Source: Collinsella sp. (lineage in GTDB: Bacteria; Actinomycetota; Coriobacteriia; Coriobacteriales; Coriobacteriaceae). From it: a DNA stretch of 57,755 bases. A model generated the notes under the pieces. That model was not told the DNA's origin and ran no database searches. It saw only the letters and a program-made list of their open reading frames with translations. Of the stretch, positions 28,236-39,002 are shown one piece after another; the stretch's first letter is position 1, and each line of letters begins with the position of its first letter. The position numbers and the translations under genes are program-made. The stretch lies in NCBI GenBank assembly GCA_031295725.1, contig JAUMNV010000123.1:1-57755 (forward strand). The letters are read 5' to 3'.

Positions 28236-28613
28236 TTAGAGAGCGGCGACGACCTCGATCTCGACCAGACCGCCGGCCGGAAGGGCGGCAACCTGGAAAG
28301 CGCTGCGCGCGGGGAATGGAGCCTCGAACTTGGAAGCGTAGATCTCGTTCACGGCAGCGAAGTCGGCGATGTCGGCCAGGTAGACCGTGGTCTTGACGAC
28401 ATCGGCAAAGGTGGCGCCGGCAGCGGTCAGCAGAGCCTCGACGTTAGCAAGGGACTGCTTAGCCTGGGCCTCGACGCCCTCGGGCATCTTGCCGGTTGCG
28501 GGGTCGATGCCCAGCTGGCCGGACAGGAACACCATGTTGCCGGTCTGGATGCCGGGGGAATACGGGCCGATGGCTGCAGGTGCGTTATCGGAAGACACGA
28601 CGGTCTTGCTCAT
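28236..28613 (-). CDS. ridA: RidA-family enamine/imine deaminase
   Basis: APAAIGPYS, LSGQLG, FPARSA (catalytic Arg) and VEIE. Confidence 0.92.
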   Translation of the reverse strand: MSKTVVSSDNAPAAIGPYSPGIQTGNMVFLSGQLGIDPATGKMPEGVEAQAKQSLANVEALLTAAGATFADVVKTTVYLADIADFAAVNEIYASKFEAPFPARSAFQVAALPAGGLVEIEVVAAL

Positions 28614-28813
28614 GTTTTTCTCCTTACGATCAGATAGAGAGCATGAGCGCGGCGTTCACACCGGGAGGCACAATTCGGTCTGAACACCGCGCTTGATTTG
28701 GGATAGTACCCAAGGTTTCCGCGCGATGCAAGATTATTATCACGTTGCGAGAATATTTTATCGCCCAACGGCGCCTGTCAGCCGCTGAACGGCACGACCG
28801 GACGGTGAAGCTC

Positions 28814-28885
28814 AAAATGATCCGTTTCCCTCCGTCCCCATCGGATCAGGTGATCCATAGGGGACGGAGGGAAACGGATCATTTT
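28814..28885. repeat. Perfect 26-bp inverted repeat (REP-like)
   Basis: AAAATGATCCGTTTCCCTCCGTCCCC at 28814-28839 and its reverse complement at 28860-28885. Confidence 0.85.
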
Positions 28886-28991
28886 TGCTGCAAGGGCTGC
28901 TGAAGACTTTATCCTGCTTGGGCCACAGGGCTCGTCTGCCGCAACAGCACCACTATACTTTTGAATATCTGAGCATTTTGAAAGGCAGGAT

Positions 28992-31484
28992 ATGACCGCA
29001 ACCGCCAGTCGAACCACCAACCGCAGACCCGAGCTCTTGGCCCCCGCCGGAGGCCCGGAGCCCTTTGCCGCCGCACTCGCTGCCGGGGCAGACGCCATCT
29101 ACTGCGGCATGGGAAGCTTCAACGCCCGCCGCAAGGCCACCAACTTTACCGACGAGGCCTTTGAGCAGGCCTGCCGTGCTGCACACCTGGCCGGGTCGCG
29201 CGTCTACGTCACGGTCAACATCGTCATCAAGCAGTCCGAGATGGGCGATGCGCTGCAACTCATCCATCGCTGCTCCACGCTGGGCGCCGACGCCTTCATC
29301 ATCCAGGACTGGGGTCTGTTCTTTGAGGTCAAGCGCACCATGCCCGGCATCGAGACGCACATCTCAACCCAAGCAAACATCCACGATGACCGCGGAACCC
29401 TTTGGTGCCGCGAGCAGGGCGCCGACCGCGTGACCCTCTCGCGCGAGCTTTCCATCGACGAGATTGCCGCCATTCACGATGCCGCGCCCGATGTGGACCT
29501 TGAGGTCTTTAGCCACGGCGCCATCTGCTTTTGCTACTCGGGTCTGTGCCTGCTGTCGAGCTTTGCCATGGCGGGCCGCTCGGCCAACCGCGGCATGTGC
29601 GCTCAGCCCTGTCGCCTGCCTTACGAGCTGATCGACGAGAACGGCCGCGCGCTCTCCCCCGCCGGCCGCGAGCGTGCGCTATGCCCGCGCGACACCAACA
29701 CTTCGCAGCTTGTTCGCCGTCTGTATGACGCCGGTGCCGCATCGCTCAAGCTCGAGGGCCGCATGAAGGCGCCCGATTACGTGTACTCCATCGTTGATGT
29801 GTATCGTCACGAAATTGATGACATGCTGGCAGGGGTCGCCGTTGCCAAGGACGAGGAAGCCGCCCGCCAGCGCCAGCTCAAGCGCTGCTTCAACCGCGAC
29901 TTTACGCACGCCTATCAGGACGGCACCTCGGGCGACGAGATGATGAGCTACGAGCGTTCCAACAACCGCGGCCAGATCGTGGGCACGGTGCTGGGCAGCC
30001 GCCCGGCCAACCGCGATGTGCGCGGCCTCAAGCCCGACGACCGCCGTCGCCGTGCCGCCATCGCCCGTATTGAGCTGTTTGAGCCCGTGGGCAAGGGCGA
30101 CCTGCTGGAGCTTCGCCACGACGATGAGTTCGACCAATTCCTGACCACCATTGCCGCCGATGATGCCGCCGCGGGCGACATCATCGAATGTCGCGCACCC
30201 CGCAGCATGCCCGAGGGCTGCCGCGTCCGCGTGATTCGCAGTCAGCGTGCCATCGACGCCGCCGGCGCCGCGCTCAAGCGCGATGTGCTGCGCCGCCGAG
30301 CTGTTGATGTGTCCGTCGTGGCGCGCCTGGGCGAGCCGTTTACCGTCACACTCACCTGCTGTGACAACCCCGCGCTCGCCGCCACCGCCACAGGCTTCAC
30401 CGTCGAGGCCGCCAAGACTCGCGCCGTCGAGGCGGCAGACCTGGTTGAGCATGTGGGCCGTATGGGTTCCTCGCCCTTTGAGGCTGCGAGCTTTGACGTT
30501 TCGCTCGACGCCGGCTGCGGCATGGGCTTCTCCGCCGTGCACAAGGTGCGCGCCGCCGCCTGTAAAGCATTGGAGGAGACCATTCTGGCGCCGTACGAGG
30601 AGCGCGCGAAAACGCTCGAGATTCCGTTGCTCGACAAATGTACGCGCGCCATGCCCGAGCATTACCGCGATGAGCCGCAGATCTGCGCCGCCGTCACCAC
30701 GCTCGAAGCCGCCGAGGCGGCTCGCGCCGAGGGCGCCGCGCGCATCTATATGACCACCGACGCGCTCGAGGCTGTCGGACTCTCCCCTGCCGATGCATTT
30801 GAGCAGGGTATCGTGCCCGTACTCGACGAGGTCTGCCGCGCCGTCGACCACGAGCGCGTCGATCCTTGGATCAATGCCGGAGCCACCGTCGCCGTCGGCA
30901 ATATCTCCGAGCTCGCCGTAGCCGCGCATGCCGGCGCCACGGCCGAGATTCGCTCTTGCCTGCCGGTGCACAACATACCCTGCATGGAGGCGCTTGCCGA
31001 GCGCGGAGCCGGCGCATTTTGGCTCTCGCCCGAGATCACGCTCGACGAGATTGCCTCGCTCGGCGCCGCCGCGCCCGCGGCTCTGGGCATCACCGTCTTT
31101 GGCCGTCCGCGCGTTATGACGAGCGAACACTGCATTCTGCAGGTTGCCAACGGCTGCATCCACGATTGTGTCAACTGCCGTCTGCGTGCCCGCAAGCTCT
31201 CGCTCAAGAATATCGACGGAAAGGTCATGCCCGTCCGCACCGACATCCACGGCCGCTCTCGCCTGTACGATGCCTACCCCATCGACCTCACGCCGCAGGT
31301 TCCTCAGCTGCTCGATGCCGGTGTGCGTCGTCTCATGGTTGACGGAACGTTGCTCGAGACGGATGAGGTGAGCCGTGCCGTCGCCCGCGTCCGTCGTGCC
31401 GTCGAAGCGGCGCAGGCGGGCCGTAAGCCCGCCGCCCGTCTGCGCGGGGCGACCTCGGGCTGCATGTTTGTGGGAATCAGCTAA
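28992..31484 (+). CDS. U32 family protein (long, RlhA/DUF3656-type)
   Basis: PELLAPAG, HISTQ, EVFSHGAICFCYSGLC, RSANRGMCAQPCR and KLEGRMK. Confidence 0.88.
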   Translation: MTATASRTTNRRPELLAPAGGPEPFAAALAAGADAIYCGMGSFNARRKATNFTDEAFEQACRAAHLAGSRVYVTVNIVIKQSEMGDALQLIHRCSTLGADAFIIQDWGLFFEVKRTMPGIETHISTQANIHDDRGTLWCREQGADRVTLSRELSIDEIAAIHDAAPDVDLEVFSHGAICFCYSGLCLLSSFAMAGRSANRGMCAQPCRLPYELIDENGRALSPAGRERALCPRDTNTSQLVRRLYDAGAASLKLEGRMKAPDYVYSIVDVYRHEIDDMLAGVAVAKDEEAARQRQLKRCFNRDFTHAYQDGTSGDEMMSYERSNNRGQIVGTVLGSRPANRDVRGLKPDDRRRRAAIARIELFEPVGKGDLLELRHDDEFDQFLTTIAADDAAAGDIIECRAPRSMPEGCRVRVIRSQRAIDAAGAALKRDVLRRRAVDVSVVARLGEPFTVTLTCCDNPALAATATGFTVEAAKTRAVEAADLVEHVGRMGSSPFEAASFDVSLDAGCGMGFSAVHKVRAAACKALEETILAPYEERAKTLEIPLLDKCTRAMPEHYRDEPQICAAVTTLEAAEAARAEGAARIYMTTDALEAVGLSPADAFEQGIVPVLDEVCRAVDHERVDPWINAGATVAVGNISELAVAAHAGATAEIRSCLPVHNIPCMEALAERGAGAFWLSPEITLDEIASLGAAAPAALGITVFGRPRVMTSEHCILQVANGCIHDCVNCRLRARKLSLKNIDGKVMPVRTDIHGRSRLYDAYPIDLTPQVPQLLDAGVRRLMVDGTLLETDEVSRAVARVRRAVEAAQAGRKPAARLRGATSGCMFVGIS

Positions 31485-31499
31485 CCGAAAGGCTTACAC

Positions 31500-32159
31500 G
31501 TGAACGAAGAACCTCAAGTCCTCTACTGCGACGCCTGGCTCATGGCCATCGACAAGCCCGCCGGCATGATCGTCCACGGCGACGGCACCGGCGAGCGCAC
31601 GCTCACCGACTACGCTAGCGACCTGTTGCTGGCCATGGGCGACGGCTTTGCCGCGACCGACATGCAGCCACTCAACCGCTTGGACCGTGACACCACCGGC
31701 GTGGTGCTGTTTTCGCTCGACAAGCAGACGCAGCCCGCCTTTGACCAGATGGTCATCGACCACGCTTTCGAGAAGCACTACCTGGCACTCGCCGAGGGCA
31801 AGATCGACTGGAACGAAAAGCTCATCGACAAACCCATCGCCCGCGACCGGCACGACAGCCGCAAGATGCGCGTCGGCGCCAGCGGCAAGCCGTCACAGAC
31901 GCGTGTGAAGGTGCTCAAGCGCCTCAAGAGCCGTCGTGGCCTGCCCACGCGCTCGTATATCGATGTCGAGCTGCTCACCGGCCGTAAGCATCAAATCCGC
32001 GTGCATCTGGCAAGCGAGCGCCATCCCCTGGTTGGCGATGACCTGTACGGCACGCCGCGCCCTTGCGGCCTCATGCTCCATGCCCACAGCGTGTCCTTTA
32101 CGCATCCCGTAACCGGCGAGCACATCCACATCGAAGCCCCCTGCCCCTGGGAGCCCTAA
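31500..32159 (+). CDS. RluA-family pseudouridine synthase
   Basis: DKPAG, NRLDRDTTG, TGRKHQIRVH and LHA. Confidence 0.9.
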   Translation: MNEEPQVLYCDAWLMAIDKPAGMIVHGDGTGERTLTDYASDLLLAMGDGFAATDMQPLNRLDRDTTGVVLFSLDKQTQPAFDQMVIDHAFEKHYLALAEGKIDWNEKLIDKPIARDRHDSRKMRVGASGKPSQTRVKVLKRLKSRRGLPTRSYIDVELLTGRKHQIRVHLASERHPLVGDDLYGTPRPCGLMLHAHSVSFTHPVTGEHIHIEAPCPWEP

Positions 32160-32212
32160 ACCACCACAATGGGGACAGGCACCTTTGTGGTGGTTTTGGC
32201 CTTGTCCCATCG

Positions 32213-32959
32213 CTAGACCGTGATGACGTTGTCCATCGACTGGTACTTGGCGGGCACCTCGCCCGCGGTGATGATCGTTGCGTCGCGGAAGTCCGCGAAC
32301 TTGACGGGCGCCACCATGCCAAATTTGCTGGCGTCCGAGATTACGAAGCGTTTGGCGGTATGGCGCATCGAGACACGCTTGACCTGCGCTTCCTCAATAT
32401 CCGGTGTGGTGAGACCTTGCTCGGCGGCGATGCCATTGGAACCCCAAAAGCCGCAGTTGAAGTTATAGCGGTCCAGAGTTGCCAAGGCATCGGGACCGAC
32501 GAGCGCCTCGGTCTCGGGCTTGAGCTCGCCGCCCAGCACCACGGTGCGCATGCCGCGCAAAGCGAGGTGCTGAGCGTGAAGCACGGAATCAGTCACATAG
32601 GTGACGCCCTCAAGGCGCGGAAGATGCTCGATGAGCTTGAGGGTCGTGGAGCCCGAATCGATATACACAAAGCTATCGGGCTCCACAAGCGCCGCCGCAC
32701 GGGCGCAGATACGCTCCTTGTCGTCGTTATGGAGATCGCTGCGCTCGCCGATCGTCAGGTCGCGCGTCACGTGCGCGCGCTCCAGACTCGTCGCGCCTCC
32801 GTGTACCTTGGCGATACGGTGTGCGCGGTCGAGCGTCTGCAGGTCGCGCCGAATGGTAGACGCCGTCACGCCCAGGGCCTCAGCAAGCTCCGGCACGGTA
32901 ACCGAGCCGGCCTGCTGCACCATCGACACAATCGCGTTGAGCCTATCTTCCGCAAGCAT
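32213..32959 (-). CDS. DeoR/GlpR transcriptional regulator
   Basis: HTH with TIRRDL, IDSGSTT and SDASKFG. Confidence 0.92.
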   Translation of the reverse strand: MLAEDRLNAIVSMVQQAGSVTVPELAEALGVTASTIRRDLQTLDRAHRIAKVHGGATSLERAHVTRDLTIGERSDLHNDDKERICARAAALVEPDSFVYIDSGSTTLKLIEHLPRLEGVTYVTDSVLHAQHLALRGMRTVVLGGELKPETEALVGPDALATLDRYNFNCGFWGSNGIAAEQGLTTPDIEEAQVKRVSMRHTAKRFVISDASKFGMVAPVKFADFRDATIITAGEVPAKYQSMDNVITV

Positions 32960-32962
32960 CGC

Positions 32963-34045
32963 TTACTCCTCCTCGGGGTACACGACTCCCCAATCGGCGC
33001 GGAGCTTGGTCATCAGCTCCATAACATCAGAAGCATAGTCCAGAAGCTCGCGCTTCGAATCATCGCCGGCAACGGCCTTCTCCAGGTCGGCCATCTCGTA
33101 GCACAGAGCGTATGCCTCGGTGCCAGCGTGGACCTCCTCACGGTGACCGTCTGCAGTCCACACGATGGTCGCGTGATCGGCACGCGGATAATCGTTGACC
33201 TCGATATAGCACTTGTCGAAGCTAATGACCGAACGCTTGGGCTGTTTGGAGTGGAGCGTAAGGCTCACCACGCCCAGCTGCTGTTCGGCGTTACGGCAGA
33301 CAATGCCGCCCGCAACGTCGACACCGGTCTCACAGGTGTTGCCCAGCGAGACAACCTCAGCGGGCTGGCTCGCCATAAAGAGGCGCATAACGGAGAGCGC
33401 ATACACGCCAATGTCGAGCATGGCGCCACCGGCAAGGCTACGGTTGTAGAAGCGGTTGGTCAGGTCGCCGTACTCCTTATTGCTGCCAAAGTTGAGCTGA
33501 GCGAGATTCATGCGGCCGAACTCGCCGACATCCATGCGACGACGCAGCTCCTGATACAAGGGCATGTGAAGCACCGTGGTGGCGTCCATAAGGACCACGT
33601 TGTGCTCGTCGGCAATGGCACGGGCCTCGTCAAGCTCGGCGGAATTGAGGGTAATGGCCTTCTCGCAGAGCACGTGCTTGCCAGCTGCCAGAGCGGCTCG
33701 CAGGTAGGTGATATGCGTGTTGTGCGGCGTGGTGATATAGACTGCGTCAATGTTCGGATCGGCGTAGAGGTCCTCGACCGTTTCATAGACCTTCTCAACG
33801 CCATACTGCTCTGCAAAAGCTTGAGCCTTGGACAGCGTGCGGTTGGCAACGCCCGCAAGCTTGCGGCCGGCAAGAGCGAGAGACTGGGCCATCTGGTTGG
33901 CGATAACGCCGCACCCGATCACAGCCCAACGAAGCTCGGGAGCCGTAAAAATGTCGTCGGGGAACGGCTGATCCTGGACCGAGGCAAACGCCGCCTTAGC
34001 GGCTGCTTCGGCGTCGAGCGGAGCCTGTTTGGAATCTGCCATCAT
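32963..34045 (-). CDS. Gfo/Idh/MocA oxidoreductase
   Basis: IGCGVIA, GKHVLCEK and GGAMLDIGVY. Confidence 0.9.
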   Translation of the reverse strand: MMADSKQAPLDAEAAAKAAFASVQDQPFPDDIFTAPELRWAVIGCGVIANQMAQSLALAGRKLAGVANRTLSKAQAFAEQYGVEKVYETVEDLYADPNIDAVYITTPHNTHITYLRAALAAGKHVLCEKAITLNSAELDEARAIADEHNVVLMDATTVLHMPLYQELRRRMDVGEFGRMNLAQLNFGSNKEYGDLTNRFYNRSLAGGAMLDIGVYALSVMRLFMASQPAEVVSLGNTCETGVDVAGGIVCRNAEQQLGVVSLTLHSKQPKRSVISFDKCYIEVNDYPRADHATIVWTADGHREEVHAGTEAYALCYEMADLEKAVAGDDSKRELLDYASDVMELMTKLRADWGVVYPEEE

Positions 34046-34370
34046 GTGCCTCCTAAGTCATCGGAAGTTCTTCATTCCTAATAGACCTATATTCGCACAA
34101 TTGCGCACGTATCTGCTTGTATTTACGTGTTTATTTGCTTATTGGTCATTATTTAGCCATAGTTGGCAGATATATGCGCGGTTATGCGTATTATCGCGCA
34201 AGGCTATGCGCGTAAATGCGCACGGGACGATCCTTGTGAAACACAAAAGGGCGGAACACCAAAGCCCTAAAAGACAGAGCCAGCTGTATTACTTCACCCC
34301 TCTGGGGGCACCAGACATCAAAGGACCGTCCCAAACTGCTGGCACATAGAGACTGTCCCCCAACAACTGG

Positions 34371-34439
34371 TCATTTAAGTCTGTCCCCAATGAGTATGGG
34401 CATTTCCACGGCACTCATTTAAGTCTGTCCCCAATGAGT
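34371..34439 (+). repeat. 25-bp REP-like direct repeat x2
   Basis: TCATTTAAGTCTGTCCCCAATGAGT at 34371 and 34415. Confidence 0.85.
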
Positions 34440-34447
34440 GGGGATAG

Positions 34448-34481
34448 AAAAAGGCCCGGATGCCGTAGCATCCGGGCCTTT
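34448..34481 (-). terminator. Terminator after rplX
   Basis: AAAAAGGCCCGGATGC-CGTA-GCATCCGGGCCTTT. Confidence 0.88.
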
Positions 34482-34507
34482 GCTAGCAACTTGATGTTGC
34501 GGACAGC

Positions 34508-34813
34508 TTAGAACTTGTGGCCGCACTTCTTGCAGACGCGCAGCTTGTTCTTGCCGTCCTTCTCGTGACCGACGCGGGTAACCTTACCGCACTCGGGGCA
34601 AACGAGATTGACGTTGGAGGCGTCGATAGGAGCCTCCTGCGAAACGATGCCGCCCTGCTGGTTGGCAGCGTTGGGCTTGACGGCCTTCTTGACGACCGAA
34701 ACGCCCTCGACAACGACCTTGTTCTCGGCGGGGAGAGCACGCAGGACAACGCTCTGCTTGCCGCGATCCTTACCAGAGAGAACCTGGACCTTATCGCCCT
34801 TCTTGATATACAT
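34508..34813 (-). CDS. rplX: 50S ribosomal protein L24
   Basis: [20 protein letters not shown] motif. Confidence 0.97.
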   Translation of the reverse strand: MYIKKGDKVQVLSGKDRGKQSVVLRALPAENKVVVEGVSVVKKAVKPNAANQQGGIVSQEAPIDASNVNLVCPECGKVTRVGHEKDGKNKLRVCKKCGHKF

Positions 34814-34826
34814 ATATCTCCCCTAA

Positions 34827-35195
34827 CTACAGGGTCTCGGGAGCGAGCGAGACGATCTTCATGTACTTCTTGTCACGAAGCTCGCGAGCGACAGGCCCGA
34901 AGATACGGGTGCCGACGGGCGAACCATCGTTGTTGATGACAACGCAGGCGTTCTCATCAAAGCGAATGTAGGAGCCATCCTTGCGGCGGATCTCCTTAAC
35001 GGTGCGAACGACGACGCAACGGACAACGTCCTTCTTCTTGACGTTGGCGCCAGGGGTAGCCTCCTGGACAGCACCGATGAACACATCGCCGATGCCTGCA
35101 TAACGACGCTTGGAACCGCCAAGCACCTTGATGCAGCGAATCTTGCGAGCGCCGGAGTTGTCGGCGACGTTCAGCATGGTTTGCATCTGAATCAT
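34827..35195 (-). CDS. rplN: 50S ribosomal protein L14
   Basis: [16 protein letters not shown]...SLAPETL. Confidence 0.98.
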   Translation of the reverse strand: MIQMQTMLNVADNSGARKIRCIKVLGGSKRRYAGIGDVFIGAVQEATPGANVKKKDVVRCVVVRTVKEIRRKDGSYIRFDENACVVINNDGSPVGTRIFGPVARELRDKKYMKIVSLAPETL

Positions 35196-35313
35196 GGTAG
35201 ATGTTCCTCCGAACTAAGAACCGAAGAGAGGTGCGCAGCCTTTATACGGCCCGTGGTATGCAAGCCAGGCATACGCACATCTTCGGAAACGTACAAGTCG
35301 TATGAGCGACCGC

Positions 35314-35574
35314 TTATTTAGCGCGCTCGACGACCTCGATGAGGCGCCAACGCTTCATCTTGGACATAGGACGGGTCTCCATAACGCGGACGGTGTCGCC
35401 CACGCCAGCCGTGCACTCCTCGTCGTGAGCGTGCAGCTTCTTGGAGCTGGTCATCATCTTGCCGTACTTGGGGTGACGCTTGCGCTCGGTGATGGTGACA
35501 ACAATGGTCTTGGCACCGGAGACGGAGGTAACGACACCCGTACGGACCTTACGCGAGTTACGCGAATCAGTCAT
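35314..35574 (-). CDS. rpsQ: 30S ribosomal protein S17
   Basis: HPKYGK...AHDE...ETRPMSK. Confidence 0.97.
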   Translation of the reverse strand: MTDSRNSRKVRTGVVTSVSGAKTIVVTITERKRHPKYGKMMTSSKKLHAHDEECTAGVGDTVRVMETRPMSKMKRWRLIEVVERAK

Positions 35575-35590
35575 GTTCTCTCCTTAGGTC

Positions 35591-35806
35591 CTACTCGGCG
35601 ACAGCGGACTTCTCCGCTGCGATCTCGCGGGCGCGCTGCTCCGTGAGGACGCGAGCGATGTCCTTCTTCACGGTGTTGACGCGAGCGGTGTTGTCCAGCT
35701 GGCTGGTGGCCATCTGGAAACGAAGGTTAAAGAGCTCGGCGCGCATTTCCTTCAGCTTCTCAACGAGCTGAGCGTCCGAGAGCTCACGAATCTCTGCGGG
35801 CTTCAT
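35591..35806 (-). CDS. rpmC: 50S ribosomal protein L29
   Basis: ELFNLRFQ...KKDIARVLT. Confidence 0.97.
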   Translation of the reverse strand: MKPAEIRELSDAQLVEKLKEMRAELFNLRFQMATSQLDNTARVNTVKKDIARVLTEQRAREIAAEKSAVAE

Positions 35807-36309
35807 TAGTTCTCCTCCTTGGCGGCGGCGGCGTCCTCAGCAGCCCACTTGGCCTCGAGAGCGGCCTCCTCAGCCATCTCCTTCTCGATGCGCTGCTCAG
35901 CGTTCTTGGCAGCAACAATCTTGGTCTTGATGGGAAGCTTGTGCTGTGCAAGACGCAGAGCCTCGCGAGCGACCTCCTCGGGCACGCCCTTGACCTCGAA
36001 CATGATGCGGCCGGGCTTGACGACGGCCACCCACTCCTCGGGGTTACCCTTACCAGAACCCATGCGAGTCTCGGCAGGCTTCTTGGTGATGGGCTTATCG
36101 GGGAAGATCGTGATGTAGACACGACCGCCACGCTTCATGTAGCGGGTCATGGCAATACGAGCGGCCTCGATCTGACGGTTGGTGATCCAATGGGCCTCGA
36201 GAGCCTGGATACCAAACTCGCCGAAATGCAGCTCGGTATTACCCTTGGCCTGGCCCTTCATGGAGCCACGCTGCACCTTGCGGTGAAGAATACGCTTAGG
36301 GGCAAGCAC
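35806..36309 (-). CDS. rplP: 50S ribosomal protein L16
   Basis: RQIEAARIA and ETRMGSGKG. Confidence 0.97.
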   Translation of the reverse strand: MLAPKRILHRKVQRGSMKGQAKGNTELHFGEFGIQALEAHWITNRQIEAARIAMTRYMKRGGRVYITIFPDKPITKKPAETRMGSGKGNPEEWVAVVKPGRIMFEVKGVPEEVAREALRLAQHKLPIKTKIVAAKNAEQRIEKEMAEEAALEAKWAAEDAAAAKEEN

Positions 36310-37019
36310 TACTGACCCCTCCTCTCGGAGTTACGACGACGAGGACGGGAAGAGCCCTCGAGTGCAGGGTTGGGAACAGGCTGGCCCGGGAGCTTCTCGC
36401 CCAGGTAGATCCAGACCTTCACGCCGCAAGCGCCCATGGTGGTGCTGGCGACAGCCGTGCCGTAGTCGATCTTGGCACGGAGGGTGTGCAGAGGCACGCG
36501 ACCCTCGCGGTACCACTCACGACGGCCCATCTCGGCACCGCCGAGACGACCGGAGCACTGGATACGGATGCCCTTAGCGCCGGCCTTGCGGGCGGACTGG
36601 ACAGCCTTGCGCATAGCGCGACGGAAGGCAACGCGGCCCTCGAGCTGCTCGGCGATAGACTGAGCAACGAGGTTGGCGTCGAGCTCGGGGCGCTTGATCT
36701 CGACAACGTCGACGGAGAGCTGGCCCTTGGAGACGCCAGCGACCTTCTCGAGCTCGGTGCGGAGGGTATCGATCTCGGCACCCTTCTTACCGATGACAAC
36801 GCCGGGGCGAGCGGTGAGGATGATGACCTTCACCTTGTCACCAGCGCGCTCGATCTCGACGCGGGAGACAGCTGCGCGGGAAAGACGCTTCTCGAGGTAC
36901 TTGCGGATCTCGAGATCGTTACCGAGGGTCTTAGCGTAATCCTTCTCTGCGAACCAGCGGGAGCGCCAGTTCTCGGTGATGCCAAGACGGAAGCCGGTGG
37001 GGTAGACTTTCTGACCCAT
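36309..37019 (-). CDS. rpsC: 30S ribosomal protein S3
   Basis: [13 protein letters not shown] and [10 protein letters not shown]. Confidence 0.98.
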   Translation of the reverse strand: MGQKVYPTGFRLGITENWRSRWFAEKDYAKTLGNDLEIRKYLEKRLSRAAVSRVEIERAGDKVKVIILTARPGVVIGKKGAEIDTLRTELEKVAGVSKGQLSVDVVEIKRPELDANLVAQSIAEQLEGRVAFRRAMRKAVQSARKAGAKGIRIQCSGRLGGAEMGRREWYREGRVPLHTLRAKIDYGTAVASTTMGACGVKVWIYLGEKLPGQPVPNPALEGSSRPRRRNSERRGQ

Positions 37020-37025
37020 ACAGCT

Positions 37026-37397
37026 TTACGCCTCCTTTCGAGGAGCAACGACGACGGTGATGTGGGAAGTACGCTTCAGAATGCGAGAAGCGGAACCCTT
37101 GGCGCGGGGACGGATGCGCTTAAGCGTCGGACCCTCGTCAACATAGGCAGCGGCGACAACCAGGTTGTCGGCACGCAGACCGTTGTTGTTCTCGGCGTTC
37201 GCAACGGCGGAACGGAGAACCTTCTCGACATCCACGGCGACGGCGCGGTCGCAGAAGTGGAGGATGTCGAAGGCCTGAGCGACAGGCTTGCGGCGGATCA
37301 GATCGACCACCAGGCGGGCCTTGCTGGGGGAAACACGCACGTACTTAGCGACGGCGCGAACCTCGGTGGCCTCAGTTTCAATAGACTTAGTTGCCAT
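37026..37397 (-). CDS. rplV: 50S ribosomal protein L22
   Basis: [13 protein letters not shown] and RPRAKG. Confidence 0.97.
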   Translation of the reverse strand: MATKSIETEATEVRAVAKYVRVSPSKARLVVDLIRRKPVAQAFDILHFCDRAVAVDVEKVLRSAVANAENNNGLRADNLVVAAAYVDEGPTLKRIRPRAKGSASRILKRTSHITVVVAPRKEA

Positions 37398-37411
37398 TTA
37401 CGGTTAACCCC

Positions 37412-37672
37412 CTATTTGGCCTTGTGGCCACGGAACGTACGAGTCGGCGCGAACTCGCCGAGCTTGTGACCAACCATGGACTCGGTAACATACACGGGCA
37501 CATGCTTGCGGCCGTCGTGGACGGCGATGGTGTGACCAACCATCTCGGGGAAGATGGTGGACGCGCGGGACCAGGTCTTCACGACGTCCTTCTTGCCAGC
37601 CTCGTTCATCGCGGTGATACGCGAGAGAAGGCGAGTCTCCACGAACGGGCCCTTTTTGAGACTTCTGCTCAT
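37412..37672 (-). CDS. rpsS: 30S ribosomal protein S19
   Basis: [10 protein letters not shown] and [11 protein letters not shown]. Confidence 0.98.
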   Translation of the reverse strand: MSRSLKKGPFVETRLLSRITAMNEAGKKDVVKTWSRASTIFPEMVGHTIAVHDGRKHVPVYVTESMVGHKLGEFAPTRTFRGHKAK

Positions 37673-37704
37673 AAGTGCTTTCTCCTAAAACTCGGTATCC
37701 GAAA

Positions 37705-38535
37705 TTACTTCTTACGGCGACGAATGATGTGCTGGTTCGAGACCTTCTTCTTCTTGCGCGTACGAAGGCCCTTCGTCGGCTTACCCCAGGGGGTAACGGA
37801 GGGACGACCAGAAGTGTGGTTCTTGCCCTCGCCACCGCCGTGCGGGTGGTCGACAGGGTTCATGACGGTACCGCGGACGGTCGGGCGCACGTTCATGTGA
37901 CGCTTACGGCCGGCCTTGCCGATGACGATGTTGGAGTGATCGGCGTTGCCGACCTCACCGACGGTGGCGCGGCAGGTAACGAGGATGCGGCGCATCTCGG
38001 AGGAAGGCATACGGACGATAGCGTACTTGCCCTCCTTACCCATCAGCTGGCAGGAGTTACCGGCGGAACGGGCGATAGCAGCGCCCTTGCCCGGCTGGAA
38101 CTCGACGGCGTGGATGAGCGTACCGACGGGGATGTTGGCGAGGGGCAGAGCGTTGCCCGGCTTGATGTCGGCGTCAGAACCGGACATGATGGTCTGACCG
38201 ACCTCGAGGCCCTTGGGGGCCAGGATGTAGCGCTTCTCACCGTCAGCGTAGTGCAGCAGAGCGATGCGAGCGGAACGGTTCGGATCGTACTCGATCGTGG
38301 CAACCTTGGCGGGCACGCCGTCCTTGTTGCGCTTGAAGTCGATCACGCGGTAACGACGCTTCACGCCGCCGCCCTGGTGGCGGGTGGTGATGCGGCCGTT
38401 GTTGTTACGACCGGCCTTCTTGGGCAGGGGCTCGAGAAGAGACTTCTCGGGCTTGGTGCAGGTGATCTCGGAGAAATCGGAGATCGTCTGCCAACGCCTA
38501 CCAGCAGAGGTCGGCTTAAGGTGCTTTACAGCCAT
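37705..38535 (-). CDS. rplB: 50S ribosomal protein L2
   Basis: EYDPNRSA and [13 protein letters not shown]; start [10 protein letters not shown]. Confidence 0.98.
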   Translation of the reverse strand: MAVKHLKPTSAGRRWQTISDFSEITCTKPEKSLLEPLPKKAGRNNNGRITTRHQGGGVKRRYRVIDFKRNKDGVPAKVATIEYDPNRSARIALLHYADGEKRYILAPKGLEVGQTIMSGSDADIKPGNALPLANIPVGTLIHAVEFQPGKGAAIARSAGNSCQLMGKEGKYAIVRMPSSEMRRILVTCRATVGEVGNADHSNIVIGKAGRKRHMNVRPTVRGTVMNPVDHPHGGGEGKNHTSGRPSVTPWGKPTKGLRTRKKKKVSNQHIIRRRKK

Positions 38536-38714
38536 TACAATCCCTTTCAATAGGAATCCGTTAGCCATCGCAGACAGGGATTCGAGGTTCTGCCTCGGGT
38601 GCGATGACACCGGACGTATACACGGTTCCGGGCGTGTCCATTTTATACGCCCAAAACCTTGAGCTCTCGCCTCCCCTATTTGGGAGGCATGAGCTCACTC
38701 AACAGCAGCGAGTC

Positions 38715-39002
38715 TTAGGCCTGGTTGCCAAAGACCTCGATGGTGTCGCCCTCGGCCAGCGTGACGATGGCCTTCTTCCAAGAACGGGTCTTGCCGGCGA
38801 CATAGCGCACGCGCTTGGTCTTGGGCTTGACCGTCAGGGTGTTCACGCGAACGACCTTGACGCCGAAGATCTCCTCGACAGCGTCCTTGATCTGATACTT
38901 GTTAGCATCCTTGGCGACCTCGAACGTGTACTTGTTCAGCTCCATGCCGGAGAAGGAACGCTCGGACACGATCGGACGGATGATGATCTCGTGGGCGGTC
39001 AT
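38715..39002 (-). CDS. rplW: 50S ribosomal protein L23
   Basis: WKKAIVTL. Confidence 0.97.
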   Translation of the reverse strand: MTAHEIIIRPIVSERSFSGMELNKYTFEVAKDANKYQIKDAVEEIFGVKVVRVNTLTVKPKTKRVRYVAGKTRSWKKAIVTLAEGDTIEVFGNQA

